Shown: in pieces, positions 18,251 to 25,896 of the stretch | Layout of the letters: the number at the start of each line of letters is the position of its first letter | How positions within the stretch are numbered: position 1 is the stretch's first letter | Origin: a virus | Direction: 5' to 3' (one strand) | Length of the DNA: 25,896 bases | Virus genome (UHGV): UHGV-0344337 | Made by a program: the position numbers and the translations under genes | The notes under the pieces: model-generated | Databases searched by the model: none | What the model saw: the letters and a program-made list of their open reading frames with translations, nothing else | What the model was told of the DNA's origin: nothing

Positions 18251-18588
18251 CGCGGGAAATGCAGTTTGTCATGCGGCTTGCCCGGGAGTTCCGGCGGGCA
18301 GACTGGCGGCGGATGCTGTCGGAAATGTCGGCCACTGAGCTTGGTGAGTGGGGCGATTATTTCCGGATGCAGAGCTTCAGTGATGTGTGGATGGATGCGC
18401 AGTTTGCCTCGCTGAAGGCATTGATCGTGAGAATGGTGTCCGGCAGCAGTGATGCTGCGGTGGCTGATTTCAGCCTTTTACCGGAAGAGAACGGGATACC
18501 GGAGCGAACGGACGAAGAACTGATGCATCTTGGGGAAGGTATTTCCGGAGGTGTGCGTTATGGACCAGATAGCCAACCTGGTCATTGA
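18226..18588 (+). CDS. T: gpT-like segment, expressed as G-T fusion by -1 frameshift
   Basis: The -1 frame opens at 18226 (after TGA 18223-18225) and overlaps the last 8 codons of G; the only slippery candidate in the overlap is GGAAAAG (18238-18244). Confidence 0.7.
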   Translation, partial: GADAGKVLTREMQFVMRLAREFRRADWRRMLSEMSATELGEWGDYFRMQSFSDVWMDAQFASLKALIVRMVSGSSDAAVADFSLLPEENGIPERTDEELMHLGEGISGGVRYGPDSQPGH

Positions 18589-21500
18589 TTTGGGGATTGA
18601 TGCGGCAGAGTTTAAAAATGAAATTCCCCGTATCAAAAACCTTCTGAATGGTGCAGCCAGCGATGCAGAACGGTCTTCTGCCCGTATGCAGCGTTTTATG
18701 GAGCGTCAGACTCAGGCCGCCCGGCAGACAACGCAGGCAGCTTCTTCGGCTGCAACAGCCGCATCCGTCCATGCGCAGACGGTGGAGAAGAACGCACAGG
18801 CTCATGAACGCATGGCCCGCGAGGTGGAGAAAACCCGCCAGCGCATGGAGGCACTGAGCCAGAAAATGCGCGAGGAACAGGCGCAGGCCATGGCTCTGGC
18901 GGAGGCTCAGGATAAAGCGGCTGCTGCGTTTTATCGTCAGATTGACAGTGTGAAACAGGCCAGTGCGGGGCTGCAGGAATTACAGCGTATTCAGCAGCAG
19001 ATCCGACAGGCCAGAAACAGTGGCGGGATTGGTCAGCAGGATTATCTGGCGCTGATTTCTGAGGTTACTGCGAAAACCCGTGTTCTTACACAGGCTGAGG
19101 AAGAGGCTACCCGACAGAAAGTGGCGTTTATCCGTCAGCTTAAAGAGCAGGCAACCCGCCTGAATCTTTCATCTTCTGAGTTGCTTCGTGCTAAGGCAGC
19201 CCAGCTGGGGGTAAGCAGTGCTGCAGAAGTGTATATCCGCAAAATGGAGCAGGCAGGAAAAGCCACGCATTCGCTGGGTCTGAAAAGTGCAGCAGCCCGC
19301 CAGGAGATAGGCGTTCTGATAGGTGAACTGGCCCGCGGCAATTTAGGGGCGCTGAGGGGATCCGGGATAACGCTGGCTAACCGTGCCGGATGGATAGACA
19401 CACTGATGTCACCGAAAGGCATGATGCTTGGCGGGGTTATTGGCGGTATTGCCGCGGCCGTCTATGGTCTGGGTAAAGCCTGGTATGACGGTCAGAAGGA
19501 GGGGGAAGAATTTAACCGCCAGTTGTCGCTGACGGGGCATTATGCCGGAGTCACTGCCGGGCAGCTGTGGACGCTCAGTCGTGCTATTTCCGGGAATGGT
19601 ATCACGCAACATGCTGCAGCCGGTGCGCTGGCTCAGGTGGTGGGGAGTGGTGCATTTCGTGGAAACGATATCGGTATGGTGGCGAGAGTTGCCGCACAGA
19701 TGGAGCGATCGGTTGGCCAGTCGGTCAGCGATACCATAAATCAGTTTAAGCGGCTGAAGGATGATCCTGTAAATGCCGCGAAGGCTCTGGACAATGAGCT
19801 GCATTTTCTTACTGCCACTCAGCTTGAGCAGATACGCGTCCTTGGGGAGCAGGGGCGGTCCAGTGATGCTGCACGGATAGCCATGTCTGCACTGGCAGAG
19901 GAAACCGGTCGGCGTACTGCGGATATTGATAATAACCTCAATGCGCTTGGCAGTACGCTGAAGTATCTGTCTGATTTGTGGAGTCGTTTCTGGGATGCGG
20001 CCATGAATATTGGTCGTGAAGACTCGCTGGATGAACAGATTGCCGCTTTACAGGAGAAAGTGTCGCGGGCGAAAAGACTCCCCTGGACGGCATCATCTTC
20101 TCAGGTTGAATACGATCAGCAGCGTCTTAACGATCTTCAGGAGAAAAAACGCCAGAAGGATTTGCAGGATGCAAAAGAGCAGGCAGAGCGGAATTATCAG
20201 GAGCAACAGAAACGCCGTAATGCTGAAAATGCTGCACTGAACCGGATGAATGAAACGGAAGCAGCACGACATCAGCGTGAAATTGCGCGTATTAATGCCA
20301 TGCAGTACGCCGATCAGGCTGTCAGGGATGCGGCGATACAACGTGAAAATGAACGTTACGAGAAAGCCCTGGCATCCGGTAAGAAAAAAACACGCGAAAC
20401 CCGTAATGATGAGGCCACCCGGTTATTGCTGCAGTACAGTCAGCAACAGGCACAGGTGGAAGGACAGATTGCTGCTGCCAGACAGTCAGCAGGCATTGCC
20501 ACGGAAAGGATGACAGAAGCGCATAAACAGCTTCTGGCTCTGCAGCAGCGCATCAGCGACCTGGACGGGAAAAAACTGACGGCAGATGAAAAGAGTGTGC
20601 TGGCCCGTAAAGATGAACTGATTCAGGCACTGACGCTGCTGGATGTAAAACAGCAGGAGCTTCAGAAACAGACGGCACTCAACGAGCTGAAGAAAAAAAC
20701 AATTCAGCTGACCAGTCAACTGGCTGAAGAAGAGCGCGCTCAGCGTCAGCAACATGACCTGGATATCGCCACGGTGGGTATGGGTGATCAGCAGCGACAG
20801 CGATATCAGGTACAACTGAGTCTTCGCCAGAAATACCAGCAACAGCTGGAGCAGTTGAGGCGGGATAGTGAGCAGAAAGGGACATATAACACGGATGACT
20901 ACAGAAAGGCCGAGCAGGCGCTGACGGAGAGCCTGAACCGACAACTGAATGAGAATCGCCGTTACTGGCAACAGCTTGAAGTTGTGCAGGGTAACTGGAA
21001 AAACGGAGTCCTGCGTGCATTTCAGGATTTTACCGTGGATGCAGATAATACGGCAGAAACAGCAGAACAGGTGTTCTCGTCAGCCTTCAGCAACATGGGA
21101 AATGGCCTGGCAACTTTTGTCACTACCGGCAAACTCAATTTCAAATCCTTCACCTCTTCTGTGCTGTCAGATATGGCGAAAATCCTGGCGCAGGCAACCA
21201 TGATGAAATCGATAAAAGGGATTGGCAGTGTACTGGGATTTGATCTCAGCAGCCTTTCCCTGAATGCCAATGGGGGGATTTATCAGTCTGCTGATTTGAG
21301 TCGTTACAGTGGCACGGTGGTTAACCGTCCGACGTTTTTTGCTTTTGCAAAAGGCGCGGGTGTGATGGGGGAAGCGGGACCTGAAGCCATTCTGCCATTG
21401 CGTCGTGGTGCTGACGGTAAGCTGGGGGTTGTGGCGGATATTGGGGGGTCAGGTATGGCGATGTTTTCCCCGCAGTACAACATCGAGATCAATAACGATG

Positions 21501-21625
21501 GCACGAACGGGCAGATAGGTCCGGCTGCCCTGAAGGCGGTTTATGACCTCGGGAAAAAAGCGGCAGCGGACTTTATGCAACAGCAGGCCCGTGATGGTGG
21601 TCGGTTAAGTGGAGCATATCGGTAA
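18560..21625 (+). CDS. H: Tail tape measure protein (gpH-like)
   Basis: About 1020 aa from ATG 18560 with GGAGGTG RBS; long Gln/Ala/Glu/Arg-rich coiled-coil region; C-terminal NNDGTNGQIGPAALKAVYD as in lambda gpH. Confidence 0.9.
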   Translation: MDQIANLVIDLGIDAAEFKNEIPRIKNLLNGAASDAERSSARMQRFMERQTQAARQTTQAASSAATAASVHAQTVEKNAQAHERMAREVEKTRQRMEALSQKMREEQAQAMALAEAQDKAAAAFYRQIDSVKQASAGLQELQRIQQQIRQARNSGGIGQQDYLALISEVTAKTRVLTQAEEEATRQKVAFIRQLKEQATRLNLSSSELLRAKAAQLGVSSAAEVYIRKMEQAGKATHSLGLKSAAARQEIGVLIGELARGNLGALRGSGITLANRAGWIDTLMSPKGMMLGGVIGGIAAAVYGLGKAWYDGQKEGEEFNRQLSLTGHYAGVTAGQLWTLSRAISGNGITQHAAAGALAQVVGSGAFRGNDIGMVARVAAQMERSVGQSVSDTINQFKRLKDDPVNAAKALDNELHFLTATQLEQIRVLGEQGRSSDAARIAMSALAEETGRRTADIDNNLNALGSTLKYLSDLWSRFWDAAMNIGREDSLDEQIAALQEKVSRAKRLPWTASSSQVEYDQQRLNDLQEKKRQKDLQDAKEQAERNYQEQQKRRNAENAALNRMNETEAARHQREIARINAMQYADQAVRDAAIQRENERYEKALASGKKKTRETRNDEATRLLLQYSQQQAQVEGQIAAARQSAGIATERMTEAHKQLLALQQRISDLDGKKLTADEKSVLARKDELIQALTLLDVKQQELQKQTALNELKKKTIQLTSQLAEEERAQRQQHDLDIATVGMGDQQRQRYQVQLSLRQKYQQQLEQLRRDSEQKGTYNTDDYRKAEQALTESLNRQLNENRRYWQQLEVVQGNWKNGVLRAFQDFTVDADNTAETAEQVFSSAFSNMGNGLATFVTTGKLNFKSFTSSVLSDMAKILAQATMMKSIKGIGSVLGFDLSSLSLNANGGIYQSADLSRYSGTVVNRPTFFAFAKGAGVMGEAGPEAILPLRRGADGKLGVVADIGGSGMAMFSPQYNIEINNDGTNGQIGPAALKAVYDLGKKAAADFMQQQARDGGRLSGAYR

Positions 21626-21954
21626 TGGAGACGTTTCACTGGAAAGTGCGCCCGGATATGAATGTGGTATCAGAGCCGAAAGTGGTGACAGTGAAGCTGG
21701 GCGATGGTTATGAACAGCGTCGTGCGGCGGGACTGAATAACCAGTTGTCGACTTACAGCGTGACGATACGTGTTCGTAAATGTGACCACCCATCTTTAAA
21801 AGCCTTTCTGGAACGGCACGGTGGCGTCCGTGCATTTCAGTGGACGCCACCTTATGACTGGAAACCGATCAGGGTGGTTTGTCGTAAATGGTCGGCAAGC
21901 GTGGGGGCGCTGTGGGTAACCATAACGGCAGATTTTGAACAGGTCGTGGCATAG
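21625..21954 (+). CDS. M: Minor tail protein gpM-like
   Basis: 109 aa METFHWKVRPDMNVVSEPKVV...; TAATG overlap with the H stop. Confidence 0.9.
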   Translation: METFHWKVRPDMNVVSEPKVVTVKLGDGYEQRRAAGLNNQLSTYSVTIRVRKCDHPSLKAFLERHGGVRAFQWTPPYDWKPIRVVCRKWSASVGALWVTITADFEQVVA

Positions 21955-21963
21955 GAGGCTCTG

Positions 21964-22662
21964 ATGCAGGATATTCCACAGGAAACACATCATGAGACGA
22001 CACGCCTCACTCAGTCAGCCCAGGTGGTGCTCTGGGAAATCGATCTGACAGAGGTCGGTGGTGAACGTTATTTTTTCTGTAATGAGCAGAACGAAAAAGG
22101 TGAGCCGGTTATCTGGCAGGGGCGGCAGTATCAGGTATACCCCATTCAGGGGACGGGATTTGAACTGAACGGCAAGGGCAGTGCTGCCCGTCCGACACTG
22201 ACGGTTTCTAACCTGTACGGTATGGTCACCGGGATGGCGGAAGATCTGCAGAGTCTGGTCGGCGGAACGGTGGTCCGGCGTAAGGTTTACGCCCGTTTTC
22301 TGGATGCGGTGAACTTCGTCAACGGAAACAGTGACGCCGATCCGGAGCAGGAGGTGATCAGCCGCTGGCGCATTGAGCAGTGCAGCGAACTGAGCGCGGT
22401 GAGTGCCTCTTTTGTACTGTCCACGCCGACGGAAACGGACGGCGCTGTTTTTCCGGGACGTATCATGCTGGCCAACACCTGCACCTGGACCTATCGCGGT
22501 GATGAGTGCGGTTATCACGGTCCGGCAGTCGCGGATGAATATGACCAGCCGACGTCCGATATCACGAAGGATAAATGCAGCAAATGCCTGAGCGGCTGTA
22601 AGTTTCGCAATAACGTCGGCAACTTTGGCGGCTTCCTTTCCATTAACAAACTTTCGCAGTAA
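21964..22662 (+). CDS. L: Minor tail protein gpL-like
   Basis: 232 aa MQDIPQETHHETTRLTQSAQVVLWEIDLTEVGGERYFFCNEQNEKGEP...; C-terminal Cys cluster (CTWTYRGDECGY...CSKCLSGC). Confidence 0.9.
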   Translation: MQDIPQETHHETTRLTQSAQVVLWEIDLTEVGGERYFFCNEQNEKGEPVIWQGRQYQVYPIQGTGFELNGKGSAARPTLTVSNLYGMVTGMAEDLQSLVGGTVVRRKVYARFLDAVNFVNGNSDADPEQEVISRWRIEQCSELSAVSASFVLSTPTETDGAVFPGRIMLANTCTWTYRGDECGYHGPAVADEYDQPTSDITKDKCSKCLSGCKFRNNVGNFGGFLSINKLSQ

Positions 22663-22666
22663 TCCC

Positions 22667-23410
22667 ATGACAGAGACAGAATCAGCGATTCTGGCGCACG
22701 CCCGGCGATGTGCGCCAGCGGAGTCGTGCGGCTTCGTGGTGAGAGCGCCGGAGGGGGAAAGATATTTTCCCTGCGTGAATATTTCCGGTGAGCCGGAGGA
22801 TTATTTCCGGATGGCTCCGGAGGACTGGCTGCAGGCAGAGATGCAGGGTGAGATTGTGGCGCTGGTCCACAGTCATCCCGGTGGTCTGCCCTGGCTGAGT
22901 GAGGCCGACCGGCGGCTGCAGGTGCAGAGTGATTTGCCGTGGTGGCTGGTCTGCCGGGGGGCGATTCACAAGTTCCGCTGTGTGCCGCATCTCACCGGGC
23001 GGCGCTTTGAGCACGGGGTGACGGACTGTTACACGCTGTTCCGGGATGCTTATCATCTGGCGGGGATTGAGATGCCGGATTTTCATCGCGGGGATGACTG
23101 GTGGCGTAACGGTCAGAATCTCTATCTGGATAATCTGGAGGCCACAGGGCTGTATCAGGTGGCGTTGTCATCAGCACAACCGGGCGATGTGCTGCTGTGC
23201 TGTTTTGGTTCATCGGTGCCGAATCATGCCGCCATTTACTGCGGCGACGGTGAGCTGCTGCACCATATTCCTGAACAACTGAGTAAACGAGAGAGGTATA
23301 CCGACAAATGGCAGCGACGCACACACTCCCTCTGGCGTCACCGGGCATGGCACGCATCTGCCTTTACGGGGATTTACAACGATTTGGCCGCCGCATCGAC
23401 CTTCGAGTGA
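22667..23410 (+). CDS. K: Tail tip assembly protein gpK-like (JAMM/MPN and NlpC/P60-like domains)
   Basis: ATG 22667; JAMM motif HSHPGGLPWLSEAD (H-x-H-x7-S-xx-D); downstream Cys/His consistent with an NlpC/P60 fold. Confidence 0.9.
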   Translation: MTETESAILAHARRCAPAESCGFVVRAPEGERYFPCVNISGEPEDYFRMAPEDWLQAEMQGEIVALVHSHPGGLPWLSEADRRLQVQSDLPWWLVCRGAIHKFRCVPHLTGRRFEHGVTDCYTLFRDAYHLAGIEMPDFHRGDDWWRNGQNLYLDNLEATGLYQVALSSAQPGDVLLCCFGSSVPNHAAIYCGDGELLHHIPEQLSKRERYTDKWQRRTHSLWRHRAWHASAFTGIYNDLAAASTFE

Positions 23411-23955
23411 AAACGGGGTCTGAAGCCATCCGGGCGCTGGCCATGCAGATCCCGGCGTTTCGTCAGAAACTGAGCGACGGCTGGTACCAGGTACGCATTG
23501 CCGGGCGTGATGCAGGTGAAACCGAATTGTCTGCCCGTCTTAATGAGCCGCTGGCAAATGGTGCCGTGATCCACATCGTGCCGCGTCTGGCGGGAGCTAA
23601 AAGTGGCGGTGTGTTTCAGGTGGTGCTGGGGGCGGCGCTGATTGCGGTGGCATGGTGGAACCCTGTGGGCTGGCTGGGTGCCGCGGCTGTATCGGGCATG
23701 TATGCGGCAGGGGCCAGTATGATCCTGGGCGGAGTGGCGCAGATGCTGGCACCGAAAGCCAGGACGCCCACGGCAGCAAGTACAGATAACGGCAAACAGA
23801 ACACCTATTTCTCCTCACTGGATAACATGGTTGCCCAGGGCAATGTTCTGCCCGTTCTGTACGGTGAAATGCGCGTGGGGTCGCGGGTGGTCTCTCAGGA
23901 GATCAGCACGGCAGACGAAGGGGATGGTGGTCAGGTTGTAGTGATTGGTCGCTGA
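23308..23955 (+). CDS. I: Tail tip assembly protein gpI-like
   Basis: 215 aa MAATHTLPLASPGMARICLYGDLQRFGRRIDLRVKTG...; overlaps the 3' end of K as in lambda; C-terminal hydrophobic segment. Confidence 0.9.
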   Translation: MAATHTLPLASPGMARICLYGDLQRFGRRIDLRVKTGSEAIRALAMQIPAFRQKLSDGWYQVRIAGRDAGETELSARLNEPLANGAVIHIVPRLAGAKSGGVFQVVLGAALIAVAWWNPVGWLGAAAVSGMYAAGASMILGGVAQMLAPKARTPTAASTDNGKQNTYFSSLDNMVAQGNVLPVLYGEMRVGSRVVSQEISTADEGDGGQVVVIGR

Positions 23956-23974
23956 TGAAAAACGTTTTATGTGA

Positions 23975-23996
23975 AACCGCCTCCGGGCGGTTTTGT
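23975..23996 (+). terminator. Terminator-like hairpin in the I-J intergenic region
   Basis: AACCGCC-tccg-GGCGGTT followed by TTTTGTCGTTT, 20 nt before the J start. Confidence 0.35.
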
Positions 23997-24015
23997 CGTT
24001 TATGGAGCGTTAGGA

Positions 24016-25896
24016 ATGGGTAAAGGCAGCAGTAAGGGGCATACTCCGCGCGAAGCGAAGGACAACCTGAAGTCCACGCAGTTGCTGAGTGTGATCGATG
24101 CCATCAGCGAAGGGCCGATTGAAGGTCCGGTGGATGGATTAAAAAGCGTGCTGCTGAACAGTACGCCGGTGCTGGACAGTGAGGGGAATACCAATATATT
24201 CGGCGTCACGGTGGTGTTCCGGGCCGGTGAGCAGGAGCAGACACCGCCGGAGGGATTTGAATCCTCCGGCTCCGAGACGGTGCTGGGTACGGAAGTGAAA
24301 TATGACACGCCGATCACCCGCACCATCACGTCGGCAAACATCGACCGTCTGCGCTTTACCTTCGGTGTGCAGGCACTGGTGGAAACCACCTCAAAGGGGG
24401 ACAGGAATCCATCGGAAGTCCGCCTGCTGGTTCAGATACAGCGTAACGGTGGCTGGGTGACGGAAAAAGACATCACCATTAAGGGCAAAACCACCTCGCA
24501 GTATCTGGCCTCGGTGGTGGTGGATAACCTGCCGCCGCGCCCGTTTAATATCCGGATGCGCAGGATGACGCCGGACAGCACCACAGACCAGCTGCAGAAC
24601 AAAACGCTCTGGTCGTCATACACCGAAATCATCGATGTGAAACAGTGCTACCCGAACACGGCACTGGTTGGCGTGCAGGTGGACTCGGAGCAGTTCGGCA
24701 GCCAGCAGGTGAGCCGTAATTATCATCTTCGCGGGCGCATTCTGCAGGTGCCGTCGAACTATAACCCGCAGACGCGGCAATACAGCGGTATCTGGGACGG
24801 AACGTTTAAGCCAGCATACAGCAACAACATGGCCTGGTGTCTGTGGGATATGCTGACCCATCCGCGCTACGGCATGGGGAAACGTCTTGGTGCGGCGGAT
24901 GTGGATAAATGGGCGCTGTATGTCATCGGCCAGAATTGCGACCAGTCAGTGCCGGACGGCTTTGGCGGCACGGAGCCGCGCATCACCTGTAATGCGTACC
25001 TGACCACACAGCGCAAGGCGTGGGATGTGCTCAGTGATTTCTGCTCGGCGATGCGCTGTATGCCGGTATGGAACGGGCAGACGCTGACGTTCGTGCAGGA
25101 CCGACAGTCGGATAAGGTGTGGACCTATAACCGCAGTAATGTGGTGATGCCGGATGATGGCGCGCCGTTCCGCTACAGCTTCAGCGCCCTGAAAGACCGC
25201 CATAATGCCGTTGAGGTGAACTGGATTGACCCGGATAACGGCTGGGAGACGGCGACAGAGCTTGTGGAGGACACGCAGGCCATTGCCCGTTACGGTCGTA
25301 ACGTCACGAAGATGGATGCCTTTGGCTGTACCAGCCGGGGGCAGGCACACCGCGCCGGGCTGTGGCTGATTAAAACGGAGCTGCTGGAAACGCAGACCGT
25401 GGACTTCAGCGTGGGTGCAGAAGGGCTTCGCCATGTACCGGGCGATGTCATTGAAATCTGTGATGATGACTATGCGGGGATCAGCATCGGCGGGCGCGTG
25501 CTGGCGGTGAACAACCAGACGCGGACACTGACGCTCGACCGTGAAATCACGCTGCCATCCTCCGGCACCACGCTGATAAGCCTGGCTGACGGACAGGGGA
25601 ATCCGGTCAGCGTGGAGGTCCAGTCCGTCACCGACGGCGTGAAGGTAAAAGTGAGCCGTGTTCCTGACGGCGTTGCAGAATACAGCGTGTGGGGGCTGAA
25701 GTTGCCAACGTTGCGCCAGCGCCTGTTCCGCTGTGTGAGTATCCGTGAGAACGATGACGGCACGTATGCCATCACTGCCGTGCAGCATGTACCGGAGAAA
25801 GAGGCCATCGTGGATAACGGGGCGCACTTTGACGGCGACCAGAGCGGCACGGTGAATGGTGTCACGCCGCCAGCGGTGCAGCACCTGACTGCCGAA
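24016..25896 (+). CDS. J: Tail tip / central fibre protein gpJ-like, 5' partial (runs off window end)
   Basis: ATG 24016 with AGGA upstream; frame open to the window end (627 codons); N-terminus MGKGSSKGHTPREAKDNLKSTQLLSVIDAISEGPIEGPVDG as recalled for lambda J. Confidence 0.9.
   Translation, partial: MGKGSSKGHTPREAKDNLKSTQLLSVIDAISEGPIEGPVDGLKSVLLNSTPVLDSEGNTNIFGVTVVFRAGEQEQTPPEGFESSGSETVLGTEVKYDTPITRTITSANIDRLRFTFGVQALVETTSKGDRNPSEVRLLVQIQRNGGWVTEKDITIKGKTTSQYLASVVVDNLPPRPFNIRMRRMTPDSTTDQLQNKTLWSSYTEIIDVKQCYPNTALVGVQVDSEQFGSQQVSRNYHLRGRILQVPSNYNPQTRQYSGIWDGTFKPAYSNNMAWCLWDMLTHPRYGMGKRLGAADVDKWALYVIGQNCDQSVPDGFGGTEPRITCNAYLTTQRKAWDVLSDFCSAMRCMPVWNGQTLTFVQDRQSDKVWTYNRSNVVMPDDGAPFRYSFSALKDRHNAVEVNWIDPDNGWETATELVEDTQAIARYGRNVTKMDAFGCTSRGQAHRAGLWLIKTELLETQTVDFSVGAEGLRHVPGDVIEICDDDYAGISIGGRVLAVNNQTRTLTLDREITLPSSGTTLISLADGQGNPVSVEVQSVTDGVKVKVSRVPDGVAEYSVWGLKLPTLRQRLFRCVSIRENDDGTYAITAVQHVPEKEAIVDNGAHFDGDQSGTVNGVTPPAVQHLTAE

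Noticed and set aside
19135-20971. Several minus-strand ORFs (95-161 aa) inside the tape-measure gene
   Set aside because: Leu-rich antisense translations of the Gln/Glu/Lys coiled-coil coding region; no start context or conservation signal.
22015-22668. 217-aa minus-strand ORF
   Set aside because: Fully antisense to the gpL-like gene; no independent support.
24946-25884. 312-aa minus-strand ORF (and overlapping 131-aa ORF at 25470-25865)
   Set aside because: Antisense to the J gene, whose plus-strand frame has a clear lambda-J-like N-terminus; Arg/His/Ala-rich low-complexity translation typical of antisense frames in GC-rich coding DNA; no RBS.

Overview
This 25.9-kb window lies entirely inside a lambdoid prophage of an E. 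coli-like enterobacterium, and I found no strong evidence for a wholly new multi-gene system. All homology statements come from motif reading and recalled family knowledge, not database searches. Nearly all genes are on the + strand, in this order: (1) a DUF968-like protein and the Q late antiterminator (35-1850); (2) a Q-to-lysis interval carrying divergent cold-shock genes cspF and cspB plus a small zinc-ribbon ORF (1851-3753); (3) a phage-21-type lysis cassette with dual-start pinholin, a DUF1327 gene, SAR endolysin and Rz with embedded Rz1 (3754-5309); (4) a second accessory cluster with cspI, a start-less zinc-ribbon frame, a small ORF and gnsB (5310-6820); (5) a small ORF split by a complete 1258-bp IS3 with a 3-bp TAG target duplication (7029-8496); (6) a lambda-like cos region with a candidate cosN 196 bp upstream of Nu1; (7) a lambda-like morphogenesis module: Nu1, A, W, portal, a ClpP-protease/capsid fusion gene, decoration-like protein, Z, U, V, G, G-T frameshift, tape measure H, M, L, K, I and the first 1.9 kb of J (9059-25896). 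The gene order matches an intact relative of the K-12 Qin cryptic prophage. The most unusual items are the paralogous zinc-ribbon frames beside csp genes (one with no start codon), the DUF1327 gene inside the lysis cassette, the protease-capsid fusion, the IS3 insertion and the G-T frameshift heptamer.
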